Positions 1 through 13,898 of a stretch of DNA of 64,000 nt are shown piece after piece (position 1 is the stretch's first letter; each line of letters opens with the position of its first letter). A program made the translations under genes and the position numbers. The notes under the pieces are model-generated. The model ran no database searches, was not told the DNA's origin, and worked only from the letters and a program-made list of their open reading frames with translations. The stretch is from positions 76,570,001 to 76,634,000 of the forward strand of contig NC_042998.1 in assembly GCF_006345805.1 (NCBI RefSeq), read 5' to 3'. The DNA comes from Octopus sinensis (taxonomy: Eukaryota).

Positions 1-106
1 ATTACAGTCCGAGTGCACGGATGCACACATGCATGCAATTGTATACTAACTAGAATTAACGTTACGTGTAAACTTCTGCTTTCATATGAGATGTGGAATA
101 TTTTCG

Positions 107-109
107 TGC

Positions 110-140
<31 letters not shown>

Positions 141-151
141 TATAATATATA

Positions 152-188
<37 letters not shown>

Positions 189-329
189 TATGTATGTATA
201 TATATATATGTGTGTGTGTATGTATGTATGGATGTACGTATACACACATGCACACATATTCAGATTCGTATAGAACTCTCATCGTTCATTTAACACATAT
301 GCACACACATACGGTCAGACACACACACA

Positions 330-360
<31 letters not shown>

Positions 361-491
361 TATACACTTCCGTCCATCCATACAAAATGTCTACTAATTT
401 AACAAGTATTTTTTATCATATATATTTTAAAGGCTCCCGCACATTTGATTCGTACAAGTAAGAGACCCGCCGCATGTATGTGTGTATAAAT

Positions 492-575
<84 letters not shown>

Positions 576-830
576 GTATATATATGCATATATATGTGTA
601 TATATATATTTATATACACATGCACACAGACACACACACATACATATATTTATATATATATTTATATATATAACACATGTATAGTTACACACATATTTGA
701 TATATATTTATATATCTATATATTTAGATGTATGTATACATACGCAATATACACACACGTATACACACACACACACATATAATATATAATATATATACTC
801 ATGCATATATATTTACGCTTACACACATAT
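107..830. repeat. Compound (TA)n/(CA)n/(TATG)n microsatellite field
   Basis: Direct dinucleotide and tetranucleotide runs; they explain the YI/HT-rich ORFs in the track. Confidence 0.97.
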
Positions 831-1158
831 AATGATATAATGTATACACTTATAATTTCATTATCGAGAGACACTTGTTGAAAAGGTATTTTCAATTGGA
901 AAGGTATAAATCAATTGAGAAGTAAAAAGAAACATAATATAGACAAATTATTCTGTATTATGAAGGATTTTAAATTGGACTTAAAGAACCTATGCGATCA
1001 ACATGCACATAAAACATATACATGGACACACACATACACGCACAGAGACGCACATACACATATAGACGTATACTGGTACACGCGCAAACATATTATGTAT
1101 ATATTTATGTATAGATACAAGCACAAGTACACACACACACACACACCACACACACACA

Positions 1159-1203
<45 letters not shown>

Positions 1204-1622
1204 ACTCGTGTGTGTATGACGAGAAATAAAAACAAAGCACACTCATTGATGTGAATATCTTTCTAGAAATTCATTAAAAATAAAAGAAATTCGATATTAT
1301 CTTTGTTTTCTTAGAAATAAGCGTGAATAAAAGACATTTGACGCTAGTGAACTCAAGTAGATGTATTCTTTTATTCCTTCCCTTATAATCACATTTTTTT
1401 TTCTTCTTAGCAGTGATTGTAAAGGTTGTAGTAGCTAACTAGAGTTCGATGTATTTCGAAATCCGTTTTCGATTCTTGATCCTGAATTTTTCTCCGCAAC
1501 CAACTCATATATTAACTCTGTGTGCTGTTGGTCGAATTTAGGGATGTAGATCTAGCCAAGTAATTAAAAAGTTTATTTATAATTATATAATACTGGGTTG
1601 TTTCTGAGCACGTTGTCCTTCG

Positions 1623-1784
1623 AACATATGTCTTTATCTGTCTCGGATCACTCCAAAACATTATGGTGAAAATTTGGTCAAGTTTAATCTGTGTGAAACT
1701 CCTGAACACATCTCTTTATTTGTCTCGGATCACCCCAAAACATTATGGTGAAAGTTTGGGTAAGTTTAATCGTTGAGAAACTCC
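1623..1784. repeat. Two-copy tandem repeat, 82-bp period
   Basis: tctttat(c/t)tgtctcggatcac(t/c)ccaaaacattatggtgaaa...gaaactcc starts at 1631 and 1713. Confidence 0.9.
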
Positions 1785-2316
1785 ATTGAGTGTACTATTT
1801 TGGGAATTCACTCTTCTTACACACTATTTCTGGCAGTTACATTAAATTTACACTTGTCTGTGAAAGGCAGCTGCAAACTCCATAACTGAAAGTACTTTTT
1901 TGTGGTCGAACAACTACATTATTGATCAGCGAAACCTAGAGGCGTCGGCAATTATGGACCTCTACATACTCCTCTCACTCTCTCCCCTTCTCCCTCTTTC
2001 TATCTCTCTCAGTCATACGCAACTTAGTACGTTATTGGGTCAGTCTTTCTGACGCCCGCTAGTGAAGCTATCGAATAATATTTTCTGTCTTCTCCGGCGT
2101 AATCCTTTCACTTTTCCAATTTTCTCCTCGAACTATGTCAAATGAATTTAGTCTGTTGTTTCCCTATATATTTAAGGAGCTTTCTGATGATCTTTGTCTC
2201 TCTAAGGACTACAGTGTTTGTCACTCGATCTCTGTAGTATTGATAAAGTATTGAACATTTATCTTGATGTTCCAGGTGACGCAATCACATATAAGAAATG
2301 TCTCTATCTTTCATCG

Positions 2317-2718
2317 TTTACTTGTTCCAGTCATTAAACTGCGGCCATGCTGGGGCATCACATTGAGCTTTTAGTCGAGAGAATGGACCTCACTACTTTT
2401 TTAAAGCCTAGTACTTATTCTACCGGTCTCTTTTACCGAACCACTAAGTTATGGAGACATAAACAAGCCAACACCAGTTGACAAGTGGTGGTAGGGCACA
2501 AACACAGACACAAAGACACATACACACACATATATATATACACGATGTTTCTGTCTACCAAATCCACTCACATGGCTTTGGTCAACCTGAGACTACCGAA
2601 TATATTCTCTGTATTCTCTGGCCAAAGAAGACACTTTCCTAAGGCGCCACGCGGTGGGACTGAACCGGAAGCTTGTGATTGGGAAGGAAAATTTTTTCTA
2701 CACAGGCACTCTTGCGCT
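2317..2718 (-). mobile_element. tRNA-headed SINE family A (diverged copy)
   Basis: Reverse complement aligns with the copies at 12621-13028 and 56858-57259 (tttacttgtt.cagtcatt..actgcggccatgctgg; accaaatccactcac; gggactgaaccgg). Confidence 0.85.
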
Positions 2719-5234
2719 TATTTCCTCACTTATTCATAGCCATTTATTCGACACTATATATTTGATTTTACCGAAAAGAAGCCATGGTCTACCCAATTTC
2801 ATTTCCGAAGATATGAAATTGATTTATTCAAAATTTTTTTTTTATTACAGGGCTCTTTCGCGGATAAATACATTCCCATCAAAACAAAATATATCTAATG
2901 TGATATTTGACTAAGAATGCTGTAAAATCTGTTGTACGCTTTGACAACTTACTGGAGTTTTCCAAAATTACTTTCCTTGTAAATATGAAATTAGATAAGT
3001 ATGAACTTATTGAATTTAATGGTAGAACCGGTATCTATTCACACAGCTATATACACATTAATCACTGTTTAACCTTTTGTTTGTTCTTAAATGGCTTACA
3101 AACATCGTCCACGCTGCAATTGTTTTTGTTTCAGTACAAGATCCCAGATCAAGTCAGTTGCTATGCAAGTACATCTCCGTAACTTTAGTTACTTTTTGTC
3201 TAAGTTCCAATTTTGCACATTTACAAATATATATACACATAATAACTATCTATCTATCTGTTTGTCTGTCTGTCGTCCGTCCCTCTGTTCGTCTGCCTTC
3301 CAGCCAGCCTGCCTGTCTATCTGTCTGTCTATGTATAAATGCACACACTCACACACATGCATACATACATATCCTTACGTTTATTAACCCATTTATGCTT
3401 TATAAAGTTCTTATACATATAGAAATAGATATGTTCATAGATACATGTACTAGTGTTGTCAACATAAAATAACAATCTTATGCTAAATTTCAGTATACAA
3501 AATGCCAAAAATGCTAAAAGAAAAAAGCTGAAGTCCAACTATATTATATAAAAAAATATTTTTATTTACATTTTTATTTACATTCCTTCATTACATTCAA
3601 CATTGAGAAATAATTTCAGCTGTCGTCCCTCGATCTTGAACTTTGTATACATCCAAGGTAAATAAGCTTGCTAAATATAGGCTTTGGAATGTCTAAGTTT
3701 TTGCAGCATTTGCCATAGCCTTTTAGGCCATATTTTACAGAAGATATCGATTTAAGCATAGTAAGCTGCATTTTGCTTTTCATTCGATTCTGCTCATACA
3801 ATTGAACAACCGTTCAAATTCGGCATTTGAGTTTGGGGGTATCAATAGGTTAATAGAAAATTTTGCAACATCTCTGAAAGGATTTCCTCCAGTGGCGTCT
3901 TTATAATCCAAAAATTTCTAACCAGAAAGCCTCAGTATTTGATGTATTTGTCCATTTAACTAAATGGATGCTTTTAAATTGAATTCCAATTGAAGCAATT
4001 TTTTTTCTTTATTTAAATGCATTACTTCTAAGACAGGAAAAATTGGCTCTTTTATATGTCTCAAAGTATTCTCTAATGAAAAAGCATTTGATATTCCTCA
4101 GTATATTAAAGCTTTTTTGGCAAACGTTGCTTGAGTTCTTTATAAAGTCAGAGTAAAAATTGTGCTCTTTTACGAATATTGTTTTCGTTGGTAGCTGTTA
4201 AAATCTTATTGATTATGATTTCTGTTATTTTTCACTCGAATCTGTAGTGTAAATTTGGTTTAAGATTAAGAAATTATTCTATATTCGCATCAGGATCAAG
4301 AGGATCATTGCTAGATGTTAGCATTACTATCATATTAGCAATAGATTTGATCAAATTCGGAAGGACTTCAAGTAATTTTGTTCGTTTCAAACAGTTTATT
4401 CACTTCCTGAGCATGCTTTAGAAGTGGTTGCAACAATAAAAGGAAGAGTTAATTCCTAGAATCACAAAACATTTCGTGTAGCATTTGAGCTGCAGAGCAC
4501 TGTTTTTACTTGTAGTTTGTAAGGGTTGTTGTAATTGAAACCATTGGCTTAAGACTCTACATGCAGTTGATGGGGAAACTTTTTAGTGCGGCGGGCAAAA
4601 ATTTCTAAAGAAAAAGGTCCGCGGCGGATCACAAATTCTAACTCTTATATCTGTGTATATCTTGTATATATCTATGTATAATTCGAGACTAATTAATAAA
4701 GATAAGACATTAAATTAACGCATAACATCTTCATTAACGCACCACTGAATTTAGGACGTTTATATTACTTATGAGGTATTCTATATTTTTCAGCTAGAGC
4801 GTCGAAAAGACAATTACCGGACGATTTTCTGTTCGTCTAACCGTTTTAAGTCGTATTGCAAACGCGACCTATTGTCGCAAATAGACATAAGAATATTGTA
4901 TAAAGTTTATAATTGAAAATTTACTATATTTTGTATATACAAGTATACCAGCCTTAGGGCGTACTAAAACGGGCTTGTGGGCGCAATTGCACCCCTGGGC
5001 GGGGGTTCCCCACCCCTTGCTCTAGATGAGAGTTTGCATGAGGTTTTTAATGCATTTTCCGTGAATGTCGTGCAATCTGCTCTGCACAGAAAAGCTTTAT
5101 AAGGCATTTACCACAAACAAGCAATGCATAATGTTGCTGAAATTATATTTTAGTTGTTAGAGAGGGATGCTCATAATTCTAATATTTTGATTGTTGTTAG
5201 AAATTTGATATTCGATTCAATTCTAACAACTATA

Positions 5235-5358
5235 TCTAATATTGGTTTCAAATTTTGGCACAAGGCTAGCAATTTCGGAGAAGGGATAAGTTGATTACAT
5301 AGAACCCAGTGCTCAACTTGTACTTATTGTATCGACCCTCGAAAGAATGAAAAGCAAA
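5235..5358 (-). mobile_element. SINE family B 3' fragment (ccttgtgccaaaatttgaaa tail type)
   Basis: aaattttggcacaagg...gataagt.gattacat..acccagtg...tacttat..tatcgacc..gaaag.atgaaa matches 59345-59720. Confidence 0.75.
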
Positions 5359-5715
5359 TTAATTCTATTTATTTATGCATTTAAACTGATATAATGATTG
5401 CATAGTTCAATTAAATGGAGCCGATCGAAACGGTCGTACTGCATCACCTCTGAATATCCTGTTGCTTATTTTGATTGTTATCACCTTATTTTGAAATTGT
5501 ACGGATAATACTGCACTAATTTTTGGTGCCTCAGCTTAAGCACTTAATTCATCCGAATCTCAATTATTTTGCTTATGTATGTATGTATGTATGTATGTAT
5601 GTATGCATGTATGTATGTATGTATGTATGTATGTATGTATGTATGTATGTATGTATGTATGTATGTATGTATGCATGAATGTATGTCTGTGTACATATAT
5701 ATATAAAATGCATAA

Positions 5716-7623
5716 GTATTAAAATGCATAAGTAAGGATATTCCAGAACTACAAGGCGGTTTATATAGGGATGATGCTCTGTTTGTTATCCCTAGTAATA
5801 ATAAATCTAGTATAGAAAGGATTAGAAAGAGAATTAATAAGTTTTTTAAGGATTTTAACCTCAACAAACGTATGAACCTGGCACTAAAATAGTTAATTTC
5901 CTAGATATTACGTTAGACCTTAACTCCAAGCTGCATTACCCATTTAGAAAAGAAGGCGAAATCACGAGATACGTAAATAAATTATCCAACCATCCACCAA
6001 ATATAATTGAATCTTTAGCCAGAAATATTTCATTAAGAATTTCAAAATTATCTTCAAATAAGGATATATTTAACTCCCATTCTGAGCATTATAATACAGC
6101 GCTAACTAAGGCAGGATACAACCAAAAAATTACATTCATAGATAAGGGGAACTTACATATTCCTAATAAAGAAGTTATCATTAATCACATAAGCAGCAAT
6201 ATAGACCAGGCCCGAAATAAAAGTAAAATAGATTCACGGTAACCGCAAATCTAGCGTACAAGCTCAATAATTCAAATAGAAGTAAAAACCAAAGCATAGG
6301 TAATTCGGATAAAATGGAATTAGATAAATCAAAAATGCACACAAATTATAGTAGTAAGTACAATGACTTTGATAAGATGAATAATAATAATAATTCTACG
6401 AACCCTGATTCTAATTCAAGGAAATTTAATAGAAATAAAAATAAAAAAGATATAATATGGCTGAATATTCCTTTCAACTGTGCGATTCAATCGGATATAC
6501 AGAGCAAATTCAAAGTAATTCTAGAAAAAAATTTCCCAATCTCTCATAGATATCATAGAATTATTTCTAAGAAAACAGTTAGAATTTCTTATTCAACCCT
6601 CCCAAATATGTCCACTTTAATAGCTAAGATTAATAGTAACAACATTAAACTAGCCAGGAAAGATGAAAATAAAAATAATAATAACATGAATACCAATAAC
6701 AATTATAGCAATACTAACAACAATAAACACAACAATAGTAACTATCGAAACACGGATGGAATCAGTAACCACAAAACGACTAATAATAATATTAGCAGTA
6801 ATAAGAGTAGTAATAATACCGATACTAATAGAAGTAAAAATGTTAATAATAGAAGTAAGGCTAATAGAGAGAACGCGGAGAAGGAAAATATCAGTGATAT
6901 CTATAGTAACAATATACAGTCTGATAATAATACTAACAATAGTAGTAACATTACAAATAATGTAAATAATCATGGTAGGACTTTAGACCTAAAAGATGGA
7001 GCCATAGGATCAATAAATAATAACAATGCTTTAGATAACAGCACCAACTATAAAAATAATAATAATATAAAAAAAATAATAATAATATAAAAAAAATAAT
7101 AATAATAATAAGGATAATTATACTCATGATAATCAAAATAATAGGAAACATAAGACATCTACCCATGAATAATCCAACTTCTAAAGTTGTTCCTCCTGCG
7201 TGTAAGTGTAGAATTAAGTCAAGATGCCCGGCACCCGGTCTTTGCAGGGAAAATAACGTAATCTATAAATGTACCATATCTACTGAGAATAACAAATTTT
7301 TTTACATTGGGTGCACAATAAATTTTAATAAAAGGGTTAGAAAGCACATCTCATCTTTTGGATTACGCCATAAAGCTGGTACCACCACACTTTCAAGTAA
7401 GATCTGGGAACTCAAAAATAATAACAAGAATTATAATCTTAATTGGGAAATAGTTAGGAGAGCAATACCGTATAAAAATAGCAGGGTTGGTTGCCAACTC
7501 TGCTCAATGGAGACCTATGAAATTCTAAGGCATAGAAAAAATAGAAACTTGTTAAATAACCATATTGAAGTAGGACAAGTTTGTGTCCACGCTAAATTGA
7601 AGACCCTAAAATATTTTAAGTGA
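5716..7623 (+). mobile_element. 5'-truncated, frameshifted Penelope-like retroelement, Naiad-like (RT C-terminal half, linker, C-terminal GIY-YIG endonuclease)
   Basis: Manual translation. Frame 1 from 5737: DIPELQGGLYRDDALF. After a 1-nt deletion near 5866, frame 3: VNFLDITLDL...YVNKLSNHPPNI...NTALTKAGY (stop at 6240-6242). ORF 6314-7090 has IIWLNIPF...RISYSTLPN. ORF 7126-7623 has CKC...CP..GLC, VIYKC...FYIGCT..F.KR, CQLC, LLN. Confidence 0.9.
7126..7623 (+). pseudogene. GIY-YIG endonuclease domain of the Penelope-like element
   Basis: NVIYKCTI...FFYIGCTINFNKRVRKH and terminal LLN motif; separated from the upstream domains by frameshifts. Confidence 0.88.
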
Positions 7624-8782
7624 ATAACTGTATAGAATAATCGTAACAAGATAGGTAGATAAATATAACCGGGTCTTTAATAGTATAACATTATTTTTTA
7701 AAGTAGATATCTGCGATTTCTCACACTATACTTATCTTTTTCTTTGTAACTACACCTGATTTTAAACATTGAGAAATTAAAATAGTATTCGTACATTGCT
7801 TAATTGAAAGTTTATTTAATTCTTAATTCTTAAATCTTAATTTTTAGTGTTTATTTAATTCTTAAATCTTAATTTTGGAACTTAATCTAGTTTAGGTAAC
7901 ACTACTTTAATAAATTAAGTTACTAAGGCTTAACAATTCTATTACAGAATTAATTAAGTGAAGAAACTCCCTTGAAAGTAGTATGATAAACTTCAATAAA
8001 ATAGACAATTCCATCACACCTTGTTAATTAAATTCCAGGTTTTGACCGGTAGCCTGTTAATGTATTGATAGTAACGGCTACAATTTTTAAGACAGTAACA
8101 TGAATAAATAAATAAATAATTTAAATGACCTCTGGTTAAGGTTGCACTTAGATCCTTTCTCTTATTGTATTTCCTTTTAACGATAGCTTTTGACCCCTCT
8201 ACCCCTGACCTTGTTTATCTCTTTAAATTCTCTTTAGATTCATATCTGCTTTCATCAGTGTCAGGTTGATAGTAAATAGCTGTGTACTGGTCAAAAAAAA
8301 AAAAAAAAATTTTTCCTCATAGTTCCTGAATTCTTAAAGATTCTTAAAGATTCAAGCTAACTAAATTATCTACAAATTCTTCTGTATTTGGTCATTTAAA
8401 AAAAACCCCTCCCGCTAAGTTGTCGCAGTATACTCTATATAGGCGCCTTTTCTTTTCTCCCCATTCCACTTTTTCTTTTTTTCTTTTCCTTTTTCTTCTT
8501 TTTCTTTTTCTTTTTCTCTTTCTTTTTCTTTTCTATTCTTCTCCCCCATTTCTCTTTCTTTTTTCTTTTTTCTTTTTCTTTTTCTTTTTCTTTTTTCCTT
8601 GTCTCTTTCCTTTTTCTTTTATTTTATTTTCTTTGCCCCACAAATAAATTCCTTCAACCTTTAGAAATCTCAACATAGCAGTTTTGCACGGAGAGCAATA
8701 ACATGGCAAATTACCTTATCATATAGCATGAAATGATTGTGGATTAATAATGATTAAATACATCGTCTGTGAGTATGAAATT

Positions 8783-8990
8783 CCTCATCTTACCACTGGA
8801 AATGTAAATCTTCACTATGGATTAATTCACCTTTTCTGTGAAGCTAATAAGTCTTTAAAAACCTGTGATAAGTCTGTGCATCATCATCCTCATATCTCTG
8901 GAAATTTAAATCTACACTATGGATTGATTCTTCTTCTCTTCGAAACTAATAAGTTTTTAAAAATCTGTGATAAGACTGTGCATCATCATT
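8783..8990. repeat. Two-copy tandem repeat, 102-bp period
   Basis: ctggaaat(g/t)taaatct(t/a)cactatggatt...ctgtgataag(t/a)ctgtgcatcatcat at 8796 and 8898. Confidence 0.9.
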
Positions 8991-9219
8991 AAGGAACTTT
9001 GGAAAACTGTTTACAACCTATATCTGCCTCTAATGGAACTATCTCCAATATTTCATGAGTATAACCTCACCCACTAAGATGTCTAGAGAACTCAAATGTA
9101 TTTTAGCTGATGAGTACGGGACACTTTTATCTGCTGCAATTTTTGCAACTTGTAATAAAGCCTGTCTTTGTATGAAACAATTGTACTAAAAACCAATCCA
9201 TTCTTGTTGCTTCTTTCTC

Positions 9220-9255
<36 letters not shown>

Positions 9256-10118
9256 GCACATACTCCTATGTTCATATGTAAATATATATTCATAGGGTAA
9301 TTGAATTTGAAAATGTCATATAAACCACCGCGTCTAAATTTTCACTCTTAAAATCCCCTCATCTTTTCGTAATAAACTAGAGGTGATACATATGAAGCGG
9401 CATGGTACGCTATGCGATGGCATAGTATGACTATTTAAAATGAATAATAATTAGATAACTAAAGTTAGAAAGATTTGATAGGTTGCAGATTAGATGAGGA
9501 AGATGGCTCACGAAAGACCACCCCTCTTCTGCTACCCAATCCGTACACTCACTCGAAAGTATGGCGTTCAAAACGAAAACAAACGTAAAATATATATAAA
9601 GTTAGAGAGAAACTCTTCCACTCCTTGCTCTTATTGTAGCTCGTGTAGTTATCTCCATTCTTGTCTTTGGAGACAGCAACGACTGAGGAAATAGCTGCCG
9701 ATATCAGTTGACTTATAGCATTGAGTATATCTTCTTCTTCTTCTTCTTCTTCTTCTTCTTCCTCTCTCATTAGTAATCATTATCCTCTTTTGTTTAGCTC
9801 CTCCTCCTCCTCCTCCTCCTCCTCCTACTACTACTACTACTACTACTACTACTCTTTGCTTTTTTTTCTATCTCTCTTTAATACCAAATAACGAATGTCG
9901 TGAAGATTAATTGATAAAATCTAATGAAATGCTAACTCAATTGCTACTATAGTGAAACAAATAAAAAGTATATTAATATAAGACACAAAAAATCCCGATA
10001 TTCTGCTATGCAAAAAAAAAAGACACGAAACACTAGAAATTGAATTGCTATAGTCACTAATTGTCGTTGGACAATGATTAAATTTAGGAAAAATATGTAA
10101 TATTTTGAAAAGGTATAG

Positions 10119-10235
10119 AAGGCGGCGGGGAGTTGCTAGAAACAGAAGTGCGGCAAAATAAATGACGCTGTTTAGTTGCTTTCTCTCGCAATCTGAGTTC
10201 AAACTTCTAGATCGACTTTGCTTTTCATATTTCCA
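10119..10235 (+). mobile_element. Old, diverged SINE family B copy
   Basis: aaggcggcg..ag.tg..agaaac and ctgagttcaaa.t...gatcgactttgc.tttcat match the family B head. Confidence 0.6.
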
Positions 10236-11740
10236 TGAGTCGGTGGTTAAAATAAGTAGCAGTGAACTGCAGGGTTTGAAGTCGATTAAGTTAACTATGC
10301 TCAACCCCTCAAAATACGTGGCTATTGCAATTGTAATCTGCCAAGTATTATAAGAAAAGGTTAAATAACTGTTGTAGTTGGTTTTTTTAGTGGAAGCGGG
10401 TGGCGGATTGACGATGAGGTTAGAGCGTATGATAGAATTCCTTTTGGTATTTCTTCAAGATCACTGAGATCGAATTGCAATGAGGTTAAATTCGGCACCA
10501 ACCTTTTTGTGTTGATAAATAACCTGGTATTAAGGCGCTAGGGTCGAATCTTTTCCTTCTAAGAATCGGCTACCTTGCACCAGGAGAAAGGTCCTGTGAC
10601 AATGACATGACATTTTTAATGGGAGAATATAGCACCCTCTAAAAATAAAGATGGGTTATTCGAGGGTTTAGTAGCTTCTCAGGAAGGTTTGCATTAATCA
10701 TTTGGGTGTTTCGTGGTCTGTGAGCTGTGGCTATCCTGGAACACAACAGTTCAAAGACGAACCGATGTGTAGCACAATCCGGAACAGAAACATTCAAGAA
10801 AGAAGAATGCGCTGATAAATGGAGAAGCTGGTATAAGATTTTGGCTTTTCTCTTCAAGCTCTGCGAATTATGACACCACCTTTAGTCAAAATTACTCTTT
10901 AAATTTATCCTGTAAGTCAATGATCCACCTCAGCATAGAAACAAATTTCACAGTGCTGTACGTGGCCTCGCTGATCCAGCGATTACGTAGAGCACCGAGA
11001 GGGTGATTTTACATGTGGATATGTATACGTGGTGACAAAACTGGTGAAATGAAGGTTAGACGAAATGTATGTCCTGCAGTGTTAAATGCAAATCGAGCAG
11101 CAAAATGCAGAAGTTCTCTCCACAAATACACTGTTTATGAAACTATCATAGTCGAGGAGTGGTGGGTTGGAAGACTTCAAATTTGGTAGACAGCTTTTCG
11201 GTAAAAGGCCAGAACGACCCACTCTAAATTGTTCCCTCCTTTACAAAATGACTTTTATTTACTTGAAATAGACTTATGCAGGTTTAGGCAATGTATAGTC
11301 TGCTGAGGGCTGCAAAGTTTTCTAAAAATCTGGGCCTTAAAATTTTTATTAAAATGCTTGAAATTTAATGCATTTCTGGGACACAGAATAGTTGATGGCT
11401 TCTAGAAACTCCTGCGAGATTATATAAGTATGATCCATATGTTTGCCAGGAGCAATTGTAAAATTATAAGAAAAACATCAAAAAGTGTGCCATTGTAAAG
11501 AAGTAGCTAATAATCTGCGGCCGAGAGTAAAATCCATCCGTTTGCAAGTTGTGCCATTAATTTAGACTGATGACTCCTATTTCCGTCTATATATGTATTG
11601 GATGGTCGAACGTAATCACACATGTTCCCTCCTTGTCCACATACTACGTAGGATGTCCCATCACTCGAGTTCTATGATGATTTATGTGAGCTAACTGACA
11701 AGAGCTCCGCCAGTTTTATGCTAACTACTCTTGAGTGTAA

Positions 11741-11744
<4 letters not shown>

Positions 11745-11788
<44 letters not shown>

Positions 11789-12010
11789 GTGTGTGTGTGT
11801 GTGTGTTTGTGTGTCTGTGTTTGTCCCCCCAACATCGTTTGACAACCGAAGCTGGTGTGTTTACGTCCCCGTAACTTAGCGGTTCGCCAAAAGAGACCGA
11901 TAGAATAAGTACTAGGCTTACAAAGAATAAGTCCTGGTGTCGAATTGCTCGACTAAAGGCGGTGCTCCAGCATGGCCGCAGTCAAATGACTGAAACAAGT
12001 AAAAAAAAAG
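11745..12010 (+). mobile_element. SINE family A, 5'-truncated at its internal microsatellite
   Basis: tgtgtctgtgtttgtcccc...cttagcggttcg...gaccgatagaataagtact...ggcggtgctccagcatggccgcagtcaaatgactgaaacaagt, near-identical to 12621-13028. Confidence 0.92.
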
Positions 12011-12620
12011 AAAAGAAAGAAAAAAAAAAGAATATATAAATAGAGAAAGGAGAGAGAGAGAGAGAGAGAGGGGGAGAGTCGAGATAAGCTTGCAAGCAGA
12101 ATGAAAATGAAAGAAATAAAGAGAGAAAATTAAAGAAGCACGGACAAAAATAATATTCTGAGAAAAATTTAATACTCTCAATGAAAATAAACCAGAATAA
12201 AACGAACCAAATAAAGAAAAAAAAATACATAAACAAACAAAACAAAAATACATGAAACAAAATCTATACTAAAATCCAGAATAAAAACAAAAACAAAAAC
12301 TAAAATACGGATAATTTATATAAAAAAAAGGGAAACTGAATAATGCGGAAAAAAACGCATAAAGAAAAATTAAAAGCAAACTAAGGAAATATCAACACAA
12401 AAAGACTCAGCTAGATTCAGCTATTCATCGCTAGCAGGCTTCTTTCTACATCTGCACATATTTGTTGCACACATATTTTGCACATTTATGTCTACTGCAC
12501 ATACTGCTCATAGCTGCACATCTGGGCAGGTATTAAGTCTTCCTGGTAATATCAGCTACATACATCATGGCTAATGTTTCATGTGACTTTCATACATGTG
12601 TGTACATACACACACACACA

Positions 12621-12769
12621 TGTGGTAAGTAGCTTGCTAACCAGCCACATGGTCCCGGGTTCAGTCCCACTGCGTGGCATCTTGGGCAAGTGTCTTCTGC
12701 TATAGCCCCGGGCCGACCAATGCCTTGTGAGTGGATTTGGTAGACGGAAACTGAAAGAAGCCTGTCGTA

Positions 12770-12810
<41 letters not shown>

Positions 12811-13028
12811 TTGTGTGTCTGCTGTGTTTGTCTCCCTAGCATTGCTTGACAACCGATGCTGGTGTGTTTACGTCCCCGTCACTTAGCGGTTCGGCAAAAG
12901 AGACCGATAGAATAAGTACTGGGCTTACAAAGAATAAGTCCCGGGGTCGATTTGCTCGACTAAAGGCGGTGCTCCAGCATGGCCGCAGTCAAAATGACTG
13001 AAACAAGTAAAATAGTAAAGAGTAAAGA
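12621..13028 (+). mobile_element. SINE family A, near full length
   Basis: B-box-like gggttcagtccc, ccttgggcaagtgtctt core-like block, internal (TA)n(TG)n, 3' end aaatgactgaaacaagtaaa. Confidence 0.92.
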
Positions 13029-13054
13029 GATATGCAAATACAGAGAGAGAGAGG

Positions 13055-13088
<34 letters not shown>

Positions 13089-13295
13089 TATCCATCCATC
13101 CATCCATTTATCCATTCATCCATCCATCCATCCATCCATCCATCCATCCATCCATCCATCCATCCATCCATCCATCCATCCATCCATACATGCTTGCATA
13201 ACTGATGAGTAGTTGATGACCTATGTGTCTATTTCCCGTTGTTTGAGCATTTAGTATATGTTTTTTAAACTTATATATATATATATATTATATAT

Positions 13296-13332
<37 letters not shown>

Positions 13333-13535
13333 TTATCCACAGTGTAGTAGTGAAAGTAGGTCGATTGGTGAATACCTCAACGTGCTTCCTTATTATTTCT
13401 CGCGTTCTTATCTCTTGTTGCATTAAAAACTCATTGTCTAGAAATTTCTACTTTATTTTTCAATGCGGGATGAATGGGAAAATTTTAAGACTTTAACGAA
13501 ACCTTATTCTTTGTTAGTTTTTTTTCTTTCTAGAA

Positions 13536-13698
13536 CAGTGCTTCGCAACATTTTCTCCCTTGTGGTACACTCATATTTTTTTGAAAATTCGGCGGCACAC
13601 CTGAACTAAAGATATAACTAAAAGTATAGGCAAAAAATTATATTCAGGTTACATTGCGGCACACCAGTGTGCCGCGGCATACCGGTTGCGGAGTACTG
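13536..13698. mobile_element. hAT-type MITE (163 bp)
   Basis: TIRs cagtgcttcgcaac / gttgcggagtactg (12/14 match); 8-bp TSD ttctagaa (13528-13535) / gtctagaa (13699-13706) with central TA. Confidence 0.85.
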
Positions 13699-13898
13699 GT
13701 CTAGAATAACACTCCGCCGGCTCGAAAAACTGTTCGTCTGTTTATCTGTCTTTGCCATTTTCTCTTTGTCACCGAGAACAGTTATTTGCCCGAAGAAAAT
13801 TGATACACTCATAAACAAATACTCTGTATAAATTATGCAAATTACCTGTGCCATAAATATACACTAATATTTTTGTAAATGTTTAAGTAAATAGTGTC

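Noticed and set aside
13-1246. Many 60-105-aa ORFs rich in YI, HT and CV (also throughout the window)
   Set aside because: They are translations of di-, tri- and tetranucleotide microsatellites, not genes.
7126-7623. Selenocysteine recoding in the Naiad-like endonuclease
   Set aside because: The conserved Cys positions use TGT/TGC; the only TGA is terminal; no SECIS was recognised.
7950-7985. gtgaagaaactcccttgaaag as the pLTR hammerhead of the Naiad-like element
   Set aside because: Core C3 mismatch, at most a 2-bp stem II, and no NUH or stem I support.
1623-8990. 82-bp and 102-bp tandem repeats as a CRISPR-like array or coding repeats
   Set aside because: Each has only two directly abutting copies with no unique spacers, in a eukaryotic context with no cas genes.
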